Virus record (IMG/VR): IMGVR_UViG_3300044796_000141
Coordinates: 36,323-100,322 of that record
Strand: one strand, 5' to 3'
Length of the DNA stretch: 64,000 nt
Source of the DNA: a virus
A program made the translations under genes and the position numbers. The notes under the pieces are model-generated. The model had not been told where the DNA came from, searched no databases, and worked only from the letters and a program-made list of their open reading frames with translations. Positions 46,674-55,442 of this stretch are shown here, one piece after another; the first letter of the stretch is position 1, and each line of letters begins with the position of its first letter.

Positions 46674-47681
46674 ATGAGCAGAAGAAAAAAAAGAAAGACA
46701 AAGAGGACACAAATGGACCCAAAGAATTTTAAGAATATTGATGCAATGAAGAGTCAGATTATTGAAGGATTTAAGCCCGGTAGAAGCACGGTTCAAGGGG
46801 CGTCTGCAAAAGAGACTGCCGCTGATGAAAAGGAATTGAATTTTGGTCTCAATCTCATCGTTGAAGATGAGGTTTATCAAAAGGTTATGCATTGGGTCAA
46901 CAAATCAAATTTTGAAGTCTCTGGACTTGGAAATATTGTCTTTGAACCAGAAACCAATACCTTGCGCGTTATTGATGCAATTTTGCTGAAGCAAGAGAAT
47001 ACCAGCACAACCACCGATATCGACCCATCTGCGATTAATAAGGCTATGTTTGACCTTCGCAATGCTCCAGGCGAGCTTAAGTGGTGGTGGCATTCGCACG
47101 TGAATATGCCCGTATTCTGGAGTGGTACGGATATCGCTACCATTAAGCAACTTGGTGGCGGCGGCTGGTTTGCGGCAACTGTCTTCAATAAGAAGCAAGA
47201 AATGCTGTCAGGCTTTTGCCAAGCTAATCCTGTGCGCATGCTCGTTCCAAAGATTCCAGACCAAGTGGAACGTTATGTGGATGCGGCTAAAGTTGCCGAA
47301 TGGGACCGTGCATACGAACTTAATGTCAAGAATCTTAGCTATACCACTCGCTATTATTCTGCCAAGGATGACAAGGATTCTAAATCAGTGATTCACCACT
47401 ATAAGGGTGAGCACTTCTTTGGAAAAGATGACGATGACGGTAAAAAAAAACCGAACCTTCAACCAGTGACAAAAAAGCATGGCACTGGGACAGCAGTAAA
47501 TTCCGAAACTGGCGAGGTTGAAGTAGATTTTGATATGTCTCAATTCGACGCCGATTTTGAACCAGCAGACTATAATGGTTCTAATAGAGTTATTGAGCCA
47601 CAGGCCGTTACAGAAGAGCAAATGTTAGCAGCAAATAAGGATTGGAAAGCTTGGGTTTCTGGAGATTATAACGATGACTAA
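46674..47681 (+). CDS. JAB/JAMM (MPN) metallopeptidase-like protein
   Basis: WWWHSHVNMPVFWSGTDIATIKQL (HxH-x7-S-x2-D); upstream VSGLGNIVFEP. Confidence 0.8.
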   Translation: MSRRKKRKTKRTQMDPKNFKNIDAMKSQIIEGFKPGRSTVQGASAKETAADEKELNFGLNLIVEDEVYQKVMHWVNKSNFEVSGLGNIVFEPETNTLRVIDAILLKQENTSTTTDIDPSAINKAMFDLRNAPGELKWWWHSHVNMPVFWSGTDIATIKQLGGGGWFAATVFNKKQEMLSGFCQANPVRMLVPKIPDQVERYVDAAKVAEWDRAYELNVKNLSYTTRYYSAKDDKDSKSVIHHYKGEHFFGKDDDDGKKKPNLQPVTKKHGTGTAVNSETGEVEVDFDMSQFDADFEPADYNGSNRVIEPQAVTEEQMLAANKDWKAWVSGDYNDD

Positions 47682-48405
47682 AATAATTAAAAAAGCGGTT
47701 GCGGCTCCTAAAAAAGAAGAAGAGGTTATAATTCCTCAGAAACAAAAGTTTTTAGCTCGGCAATTAGACCTAATTCCAATGGAAGTTCTTAATCGCGAGA
47801 TTACTATCATTGGAGCTGGCGCAATCGGTAGTTTCACCGCCCTTTCTCTCGCAAAGATTGGCTTTGAAAATATCACAGTTATTGACTTTGATGAAATTGA
47901 TGATGCGAATATGAATTGTCAATTCTATCGAATTAAAGACATTGGTAAACCAAAGGTTCAAGCACTTCAAGAAATTATTAAAGATTTCACTGGTGTGGAA
48001 ATTACAGCAAGGAACGAGAAGTATGAGAGTGGTATTTTTAATGGTATTCTTATTACTGCCGTTGATAGCATGGCTGTTCGCAAGTTGATTTGGGATAATC
48101 ACAAGGAAATTTCTCTTGGGACTAATCTCTTTATTGACCCACGTATGAGCATTGAAAGCGCGCTTTGCTATGCAATGAAGCCATTTAGCCAAGACGACAT
48201 TGATTCTTATGAGAAGACTCTCTATACCGATGAGAATGCCGAAGCCGAACGCTGCACAAACAAGTCAGTCATGTATACTGTTCTTGGAATCAGCGCACAT
48301 GTAGCGAAAATCGTCAAAGACTTCTTGACGACTGGTTTCTATTGCCGTACAATGCAATGGAATATCGCAAAAAACGCTCAGCAATGCTACATGAACAAGA
48401 AGTAA
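47674..48405 (+). CDS. ThiF/E1-like adenylating enzyme
   Basis: EITIIGAGAIGSFTALSLAKIGFENITVIDFDEIDDANMNCQFYRIKDIGKPKVQALQE; ERCTNKSVMYTVLGISA. Confidence 0.85.
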   Translation: MTKIIKKAVAAPKKEEEVIIPQKQKFLARQLDLIPMEVLNREITIIGAGAIGSFTALSLAKIGFENITVIDFDEIDDANMNCQFYRIKDIGKPKVQALQEIIKDFTGVEITARNEKYESGIFNGILITAVDSMAVRKLIWDNHKEISLGTNLFIDPRMSIESALCYAMKPFSQDDIDSYEKTLYTDENAEAERCTNKSVMYTVLGISAHVAKIVKDFLTTGFYCRTMQWNIAKNAQQCYMNKK

Positions 48406-48452
48406 AATAGAAAGACGGCGGTCCGAACCCGCCTACACAGAAAGAAAAAAAA

Positions 48453-49205
48453 ATGGACGACGCTCAAAGAAATTTGTATATTAATCAATTGTGTGGACAA
48501 TCAGGCATTAGTAGTGACGATTTCAAAAAAACTATCGTTTCTATTCCTGCACTTCAAGACAAAAAAGAAATTAATAAACTATTTTTTGCGTTTCTTAAAA
48601 ATAGAACAAAGCCAACTATTGGCAGTAAAAAAGCTCTCGCTAAAAAAGCAACTACAATTGCAGAACAAGCATTGGCGGCAGAAAAAAGAAGTATTCTCGC
48701 GCAGATTAAAGATAAAAATCATGATTTGAATTATTGGTTTGATAATATCAAAAAAGTTCAAAAGTCAATTGACGAACTTAATAAAAGGCTCGTCAAGCCT
48801 GCAATTGATTTCGAATCAGAAATTAAAAAAATTATAGAGCAAGGATTTTGGATTAATCCAAGAATGACTAAAGACAGTCTTTCATTTACTACAGCAAATG
48901 AAGTTATTTGTCAAGATGTTCGACCAGGCGTAAACAAAACTTTAAATTTGGGTAAATACACGGCTAAACTCAATTTAAAATCGTTTGGGATGTCAGTGAC
49001 TAGCCAAAAATTTAAACATAGATACGACAATCGACATCCTTATGTTAGCAGCAGCGGTGGTATCTGTTTTGGTGATTCTTCAGATACATTTGATAAATAC
49101 CGCCGAGCATTTGATATTGAAAAAATGTTTCGTCTATTAGCCTCTCTATTGACAACCCATACAGGTGGTGGATTCAGTGGACTTGCTGACTTCGAAAAAA
49201 GATAA
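48453..49205 (+). CDS. E2-like protein 2, paralog of 45627 product
   Basis: RHPYVSSSGGICFGDSSDTFDKYRRAFDIEKMFRLLASLLTTHTGGGFSGLADF. Confidence 0.65.
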   Translation: MDDAQRNLYINQLCGQSGISSDDFKKTIVSIPALQDKKEINKLFFAFLKNRTKPTIGSKKALAKKATTIAEQALAAEKRSILAQIKDKNHDLNYWFDNIKKVQKSIDELNKRLVKPAIDFESEIKKIIEQGFWINPRMTKDSLSFTTANEVICQDVRPGVNKTLNLGKYTAKLNLKSFGMSVTSQKFKHRYDNRHPYVSSSGGICFGDSSDTFDKYRRAFDIEKMFRLLASLLTTHTGGGFSGLADFEKR

Positions 49206-49359
49206 ATATATCTGTCATTGCATGAAAGTTAAAGAAAAAGATATAGTTAAAATAGGCGCTCGGTCACTAGAAGAAGTTATTGAGAAAACACAAGCTGGGA
49301 CATGCTGCACCGGATGTCATAAACGAATCTTAAAGCTAATCCATGAAACAAATATTTAA
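49183..49359 (+). CDS. BFD-like [2Fe-2S] domain small protein
   Basis: KYICHCMKVKEKDIVKIGARSLEEVIEKTQAGTCCTGCHKRI; start codon uncertain (TTG). Confidence 0.65.
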   Translation: MLTSKKDKYICHCMKVKEKDIVKIGARSLEEVIEKTQAGTCCTGCHKRILKLIHETNI

Positions 49360-50350
49360 AACGATTTACGGTTCACACCTATATGGCTCTAATGTAGAAA
49401 CTTCTGATACGGATTTTAAGGGCGTCTATCTGCCTTCTGCTAGAGAAATTCTTATTGGTAAAGTTCCTAAAACAGAGACACATAATTCTAATAATCAGAA
49501 AAATACCAAAAACACCAAAGAAGATACAGATATTCAATTGTATTCTATTGGTAAATTCTTAAATGACCTAGCGGGAGGACAAACTTATGCACTTGAATTA
49601 CTTTTTGCATCAGAAGAATTTTGGACAGAAGAACCAGACAAAGTTTGGCACAACATTAGAAAAAATACAGATAAACTTATTTCTTCTGACATTAGTGCTC
49701 TTATTGGCTATGCGCGTGCCCAAGCTTACAAGTATGGAGAAAAAGGCAAACGCTTAGGCGTATTCAATGACGTTGTTGATTTTTTAAAACCTAAATTTCC
49801 AGGACATAAACTAGTTCAGGCATTTTCTAGTGACCCGAAATTTAAAGAACTTCAAGAAAAACATAAAGATTTCATTAAAATCAAAAAATTTGTAAAAGAT
49901 GAAGTTAGTGATACAGAATATATTGATGTCAATGGTGTAGCTGTTCCTTTGGGCGCTTCCGTAGAGTATGCTCTGAGCGTTTATGAGCCACGTGCGGCTG
50001 AATATGGCGCTAGAGCTACTCAGGCTATGCTTGATGGCGGCATCGATTTAAAAGCCGTTTATCACTCCGTGCGTATATCCAAGCAAGGCACGGAACTATT
50101 AGAAACTGGCAACATAACTTTTCCACGCCCCGAATCAAAGTTGCTGCTAGAGATTAGAAATAACCATTACACAATAAAACAATTAACAGACATCGTTGAT
50201 TCAGCGTTTGAAGAAGTGCGACAAGCAGAGAAAACAAGCAAGCTGCCTAAAAAAGTAAATAGAAAATTCATAGATGACCTCTTGATTAATGCGCACATCG
50301 ATGTTATCATGGACGAGTGTGACCTTCAGTATAAGCCTATCATAGATTAA
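49343..50350 (+). CDS. predicted nucleotidyltransferase (YcgL/COG3541-like)
   Basis: KTIYGSHLYGSNVETSDTDFKGVYLPSAREIL (GSxxYG..xSDxDxxGV). Confidence 0.75.
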   Translation: MKQIFKTIYGSHLYGSNVETSDTDFKGVYLPSAREILIGKVPKTETHNSNNQKNTKNTKEDTDIQLYSIGKFLNDLAGGQTYALELLFASEEFWTEEPDKVWHNIRKNTDKLISSDISALIGYARAQAYKYGEKGKRLGVFNDVVDFLKPKFPGHKLVQAFSSDPKFKELQEKHKDFIKIKKFVKDEVSDTEYIDVNGVAVPLGASVEYALSVYEPRAAEYGARATQAMLDGGIDLKAVYHSVRISKQGTELLETGNITFPRPESKLLLEIRNNHYTIKQLTDIVDSAFEEVRQAEKTSKLPKKVNRKFIDDLLINAHIDVIMDECDLQYKPIID

Positions 50351-50373
50351 TTTTAAAAGAAAAAGGAAAAAAA

Positions 50374-51468
50374 ATGAAAAAGATATCGTTATTGTTTGTA
50401 TTTTGTTCTGCATGTAATTCTGGTTTTGTTCCCCCGGCGCCTGCCAGCGACCCTTCGCCAACTATAGAGACGGTAGGTGCAACTTCTGCCCAATGCCCAA
50501 ATGGCGGTAGTGATATCGTTATTACTTCGGGTGGAGTTGTTAAAAATGTTCTTGTTTGTGACGGCGCGAATGGTGCCACGGGCGCTCAAGGCCAAACAGG
50601 TGCGCAAGGCATTGAAGGCGCTACGGGAGCCCAAGGTCAGGCCGCATCATTGCCGGTTTTTACCGAAACTGACGCTGGAGAAGACCAATGCCCAACTGGT
50701 GGTGTTGACTTAACTGTTTCTAGTGGCGATTCATCAAAAGTTCTTGTTATTTGTAATGGCGATACTGGCGCGACTGGACAAACTGGCGCTCAGGGCATCC
50801 AAGGTGCCACGGGTGCGACAGGTGCAACCGGAGCCGCTGGTTTAGGCATTGTCTTTACCGAAGTTCAAGCTACTACACAAGAGTGTCCTACTGGCGGTTA
50901 TGTATTGGTTGTCGCAACCGATACGCAAGGTAATGGTGAATATTGCTTAACTGATAGAAATCAACAAAGTATGATTGTTTGTAATGGTGCTACAGGTGCC
51001 AAAGGTAGTACAGGCGCACAAGGCGCTACGGGAGCCACTGGAGCAACAGGGGCCGCGGGTGCTACTGGCGCGACGGGACAAACAGGTGCGACCGGAGCTA
51101 CCGGCCAAACCGGCGCCACAGGCGCCGCTGGTAAAAATGGCACAAACGGAACCAATGGCACTAATGCAACACAAACTCCATTTACGATTGTTAATGTGAT
51201 TACTCCTTGTGGTGCGGCTTCAAGTTCAGAAAAAGAATTATTGTTGTGTCTTGCAGACGGTAATATCCTTGCGGATTTCTCAAAAGATGATGCTGGTGAT
51301 TTAACTCGTCTTTCATTCATTCCACCAGGCTCGTATCAAGATACTGATAATAGCTACTGCAACTTCTCTGTTTGCTCAGATGGTTCAGGCGGTCTTACGG
51401 TTTCATGGGCTGCACAAAATGGTTGGGCGGCAGGTTCGTCTACTTGCGCCAATACGACCTCAAAGTAA
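50374..51468 (+). CDS. collagen-like lipoprotein
   Basis: MKKISLLFVFCSAC lipobox; long GATGATGAAGATGATGQTGATG and GKNGTNGTNGTN tracts. Confidence 0.85.
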   Translation: MKKISLLFVFCSACNSGFVPPAPASDPSPTIETVGATSAQCPNGGSDIVITSGGVVKNVLVCDGANGATGAQGQTGAQGIEGATGAQGQAASLPVFTETDAGEDQCPTGGVDLTVSSGDSSKVLVICNGDTGATGQTGAQGIQGATGATGATGAAGLGIVFTEVQATTQECPTGGYVLVVATDTQGNGEYCLTDRNQQSMIVCNGATGAKGSTGAQGATGATGATGAAGATGATGQTGATGATGQTGATGAAGKNGTNGTNGTNATQTPFTIVNVITPCGAASSSEKELLLCLADGNILADFSKDDAGDLTRLSFIPPGSYQDTDNSYCNFSVCSDGSGGLTVSWAAQNGWAAGSSTCANTTSK

Positions 51469-51480
51469 AAGGAAAATTAA

Positions 51481-52473
51481 ATGTATAAATTATTATCACT
51501 AGCTGTATTGTTGTTTTGTTCCACCGCTAATGCTACCGATGTAACTTTGAGAGTTGATACTGGTTATCTTCTTCCTTTAAGCTCACCACAATCTGATTTG
51601 TTTGCGGGTGGCTTTAATGGCAATTTAAAACTTGCAATTAATTTAAATCGCTATGTGGATGTTGGTCCCACTGTTGGCTTCTTTTGGGCTTCGCCAAACA
51701 ACTTCCATGACGGGCTTGCAGAGGTCTTCGGTGCAGGCTTGCGTGTGAAGCGCCCACACGACCTAACTAGCTATGCGGGTATCTCGCCATGGCTGGATGC
51801 AGACTTACTTTATGTTCGCACTGGTAAGCTCAATATGCTTGGTTGGGATGTGGGGGGAGGTTTCAGTATTCCGCTTGACGATAAGCAACGCTACTGGCTC
51901 GGTCCTTATGTACGCTTTACTCAGTCAGTGCGCACTTCAGACCCAGCTTATGACCATCACGATGTCAATCTTTTTGCCATCGGTATTGAATTTGAATTTG
52001 GTACGGCTGGCGTAAAACCAGCGGAAGAAATTCCTGTAAGAGTAGTTTATCAAGAAAAGATAATTACCAAAGAAGTTCATAACGAAATATTTGAATGTCC
52101 TATACCAGCTTCTTTGCCAGTGGTTCACAAGAAGCTTATATTACTGAATAAGCTTTACTTTGCGACGAACAAAGATATTATATTAGCAAAATCACAACCT
52201 GCATTAGATGAAGTTTTGGCGGCTGTAAATAATCCAGAATATACATTCAATGTTTTGGAAGTTGAAGGTCATACGGACTCAACCGGCAGTAAGGCTCACA
52301 ATCTTGATTTGTCTAAGCGCAGAGCGCAGTCTGTAGCAACCTGGCTTGTCGCACACGGCTTCAAGGGTATTGCTATTGCCGCTGGTTATGGTTCAGAGAA
52401 ACCAATCGCAACAAATAAAACTAAACAAGGTCGTGCAGAGAATCGTAGAGTTGAATTTTTCGTCTCTGAATAA
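51481..52473 (+). CDS. OmpA-family outer-membrane protein
   Basis: Signal peptide; C-terminal VEGHTDSTGSKAHNLDLSKRRAQSVATWLV...GYGSEKPIATNKTKQGRAENRRVEF. Confidence 0.85.
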   Translation: MYKLLSLAVLLFCSTANATDVTLRVDTGYLLPLSSPQSDLFAGGFNGNLKLAINLNRYVDVGPTVGFFWASPNNFHDGLAEVFGAGLRVKRPHDLTSYAGISPWLDADLLYVRTGKLNMLGWDVGGGFSIPLDDKQRYWLGPYVRFTQSVRTSDPAYDHHDVNLFAIGIEFEFGTAGVKPAEEIPVRVVYQEKIITKEVHNEIFECPIPASLPVVHKKLILLNKLYFATNKDIILAKSQPALDEVLAAVNNPEYTFNVLEVEGHTDSTGSKAHNLDLSKRRAQSVATWLVAHGFKGIAIAAGYGSEKPIATNKTKQGRAENRRVEFFVSE

Positions 52474-52484
52474 AGGATAATCAA

Positions 52485-52709
52485 ATGAAAGCTAAAAAGA
52501 AACCAGAAGTATCAATGCATTTAGAATTAGAAGGTAAAGTTTTTATTACAGAGAAACAAGGCAGAACGGTCTTGACTCGCGAAGAAATTGATGGTACAAC
52601 AGTATTGCAGGTCTTGATAGCTGCCATCAGCGAAGGGACACAACGCCTAGAAACGGACGCCAAGTTTCGTGCCGGGGCAGTCAGGGCTGTAAAAGCGAAG
52701 AAGAAGTAA
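52485..52709 (+). CDS. hypothetical protein
   Basis: ORF. Confidence 0.6.
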   Translation: MKAKKKPEVSMHLELEGKVFITEKQGRTVLTREEIDGTTVLQVLIAAISEGTQRLETDAKFRAGAVRAVKAKKK

Positions 52710-52984
52710 TGGATAGTATCAAGTGGCATAAAGAACTTACAGACGGCGTAGTATATAACTATTTTAAAAATAAAGATGATTTAGTTAACGCCAATTACTG
52801 TAAGAAGATGTTAAATATTGGTACGGGTAGTTTTAATAAAATTATAGAACATTTTGAGATTCAACCAATTATCAGAAGGGCTCCATATATTAATTTCGAC
52901 ACTAAACTCTATAGTCTTTCAAAAATGAAAGAAATTAAGGACAAGGTAGAAATTAAAAATAAACGAGTAGTTAAGTTTTTATGA
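52709..52984 (+). CDS. hypothetical protein
   Basis: ORF. Confidence 0.6.
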   Translation: MDSIKWHKELTDGVVYNYFKNKDDLVNANYCKKMLNIGTGSFNKIIEHFEIQPIIRRAPYINFDTKLYSLSKMKEIKDKVEIKNKRVVKFL

Positions 52985-53613
52985 AAGTATGTTTAATTAG
53001 CGATACGCATGGTTATTTTCCTGACCTCCCCGATGCAGATATTCTTGTACATTGTGGTGATGCTACCAGTATGGGTTATGGCTACGAGCTTAGTCGTTTT
53101 GATGATTGGCTATTTTCTTTTAAAGACCAATATCAAGAAATTATCTTTGTCCCTGGCAATCACGATATCATGTTTGAAAAGAATCCAGAGACTGCAAGAG
53201 CTATTACCAAAAGTATGACTGTTCTTATTAATGAATCTATTACTATCAATGGTAAAAAGATTTATGGCAGTCCAATGACTCCTACCTTTGGACACGGCTG
53301 GGCTTTTAATAGAAATACCGGCGTTCAAATCCAAGCCGAGTGGGATAAAATTCCAGATGGCTTGGATTTATTAATTACGCATGGACCGCCATACAATATT
53401 TTAGATGTCAATAGAAATGGACAAAACTGTGGCTGTGTTCATTTAGATTACGCAGTCAAAAAGAAGAATCCGCGCTTCCATGCGTTTGGACATATTCACT
53501 TGGCTGAAAGTGATAAAAAAATTGAAGTGACGCCGAGCACGACCTATATTAATGCTGCAACCTGTAATGAAAGTTATAGACCAGTTAATCCTCCAATAGT
53601 AATCGAGATATAA
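52981..53613 (+). CDS. calcineurin-like metallophosphoesterase
   Basis: CLISDTHGY...ILVHCGDAT...FVPGNHD...ITHGPP...HAFGHIH. Confidence 0.9.
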   Translation: MKVCLISDTHGYFPDLPDADILVHCGDATSMGYGYELSRFDDWLFSFKDQYQEIIFVPGNHDIMFEKNPETARAITKSMTVLINESITINGKKIYGSPMTPTFGHGWAFNRNTGVQIQAEWDKIPDGLDLLITHGPPYNILDVNRNGQNCGCVHLDYAVKKKNPRFHAFGHIHLAESDKKIEVTPSTTYINAATCNESYRPVNPPIVIEI

Positions 53614-53614
53614 T

Positions 53615-53890
53615 ATGATAAATAGAAATCGCGAAGAAGACCTATTAAAATTAGCCGATGAATTTATTAATAACTTAGAACGCGGCGATTGTGAATATGG
53701 CGGTTGGGGCCTAGATGACAAAAGACCATTTGGTAACTCAAGTGTTGCTTACGATATTGCAGAAATCATAGGAATTTCAGGTGATGAAGAGTTAACAGAC
53801 GAAGAACAAGAATATTGTCATTCCCTCTATGATGGACTTGGTAATTTTCTTCGTAAAAAATGGAATGAAATAAGAAAAAATGAAAAATAA
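53615..53890 (+). CDS. hypothetical protein
   Basis: ORF. Confidence 0.6.
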   Translation: MINRNREEDLLKLADEFINNLERGDCEYGGWGLDDKRPFGNSSVAYDIAEIIGISGDEELTDEEQEYCHSLYDGLGNFLRKKWNEIRKNEK

Positions 53891-53986
53891 AATTAAGCTT
53901 GCTTATGACTATTATTTCCATCATTGGATTTGGTGCGGTAGTTACAGATGTAAAAGAGAATATAAATTGAAACAAATGGAGATTAA

Positions 53987-54793
53987 ATGCTTTTCTTAAA
54001 CGATACCCTAGTTAAAGTTACAAAGTTTCCAGACGGAACCTCTCAAGTATGGCAACTGCCAGAACAACGCATTAAGAATGCAGAAATTAAGTGGGTCTTC
54101 CAAAGTGAAGATGAATTTATGCATCTTGCTCAACTCAAGGATTTAATGGATAAAGAAGGAGTTGAAACTTCATTAGTAATTACATATTTGCCATATGGAA
54201 GACAAGATAAAAAAGTAGATAACGGTCTTACCTTTGCTTTAAGAACATTTTCTTATTTGCTTAATTCGTTAGACTTTATAAGTGTTCTTATTCGCGACCC
54301 TCATAGCGAAATTGCTTTAGGATTAATTCATAACTCTAAAGCTTACTATTTGTCTCGTGAAGTATCTCAGTTATTTAAAGATACCAAAATGGACTTAATG
54401 TGCTTCCCAGATAAGGGTGCTCTTAACAAATATTCTTCAATTTATAAAGAAACTCCATACATCTATGGAGAAAAAGTTAGAGACCAACTGACTGGAAGAA
54501 TCACGAGCTATAAAGTTATCGGAAATGAAGCTATAGCCAATAAAAAGATTTTAATTGTTGATGATATCTGTGATGGTGGAGCAACTTTTAAATTATTAGC
54601 TGCCCAACTTATTAAGAATGGCGCGGCACAAGTTGATTTGTTTGTTTCTCACGGCCTATTTACGCAAGGACTTGAAGGGTTATGGACGGCTGGAATTAGT
54701 AATATATTTTGTTTTGATAAATTAAGAGATTCTATCATCACAAAAACTACAGAAGAAGAATTTGAAAAATATTCAAAATTGGCAGGAAACTAA
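53987..54793 (+). CDS. prs: ribose-phosphate pyrophosphokinase-like (Prs/Adps-like)
   Basis: TYLPYGRQDK...LIRDPHSE...ILIVDDICDGGATFKLLA. Confidence 0.85.
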   Translation: MLFLNDTLVKVTKFPDGTSQVWQLPEQRIKNAEIKWVFQSEDEFMHLAQLKDLMDKEGVETSLVITYLPYGRQDKKVDNGLTFALRTFSYLLNSLDFISVLIRDPHSEIALGLIHNSKAYYLSREVSQLFKDTKMDLMCFPDKGALNKYSSIYKETPYIYGEKVRDQLTGRITSYKVIGNEAIANKKILIVDDICDGGATFKLLAAQLIKNGAAQVDLFVSHGLFTQGLEGLWTAGISNIFCFDKLRDSIITKTTEEEFEKYSKLAGN

Positions 54794-54795
54794 AA

Positions 54796-55263
54796 ATGCC
54801 TACTAAAGTTTATGAATCACCATCTAGAAGTTTTGATAAAAGCTTGTTTTTGGCAGGCGGAATTACAGGTTGCCCAGATTGGCAATCTGAAATAATTGAG
54901 CTATTAGATATTCCGGCTTGTAATCTTACAATCTACAATCCAAGAAGAGAAAATTTTCCTATTGGAGACCCTAATGCGGCAGAAAAGCAAATCATATGGG
55001 AATATGAACGATTAATGAAAGCCGATTTGGTTTCTTTTTGGTTTCCTTGTGAGACTCTGTGCCCAATTACTCTTTTTGAATTAGGTAAAATGTTGGGCAT
55101 CGGAAAAAATATAGAGGTTGGCTGCCATCCAAGCTACGGTAGAAAACAAGATATTGAAATACAAATGGAACTCACCTATGGTAAACCACCAGTAATTGCA
55201 CGCACAATTGAACACCTGGCAGATAATATTAAGAAAAACTTATTCAAAGGTAAAACAAGATGA
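54796..55263 (+). CDS. nucleoside 2-deoxyribosyltransferase-like
   Basis: FLAGGITGCPDWQSEI...YNPRRENFP...WEYERLMKADLVSFWFPCETLCPITLFELGKMLG. Confidence 0.75.
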   Translation: MPTKVYESPSRSFDKSLFLAGGITGCPDWQSEIIELLDIPACNLTIYNPRRENFPIGDPNAAEKQIIWEYERLMKADLVSFWFPCETLCPITLFELGKMLGIGKNIEVGCHPSYGRKQDIEIQMELTYGKPPVIARTIEHLADNIKKNLFKGKTR

Positions 55264-55442
55264 AAATTGATGACTTGTACGCCCGCGCTCATTCGGCTGG
55301 CAATACGCCAACGACTTATGTCGTTACTGTATATGGTGGCGATTGGACTCAAAAGCAAGCAGATAAAATAGCAGATACCCTTAATCACATTTTGCCAAGC
55401 TTAAACTTCGACTTTAAAAAACAAAAAGGAAAAAAGAAATGA
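55260..55442 (+). CDS. hypothetical protein
   Basis: ATGA-coupled ORF. Confidence 0.55.
   Translation: MKIDDLYARAHSAGNTPTTYVVTVYGGDWTQKQADKIADTLNHILPSLNFDFKKQKGKKK

Noticed and set aside
46479-47239. Minus-strand ORFs opposite the E2-like/JAMM genes
   Set aside because: Antisense shadows of genes with clear motifs.
50947-51320. Minus-strand and alternate-frame ORFs in the collagen-like region (PVAPVAPV, LREPLEQQG)
   Set aside because: By-products of GGN-repeat codons in other frames.
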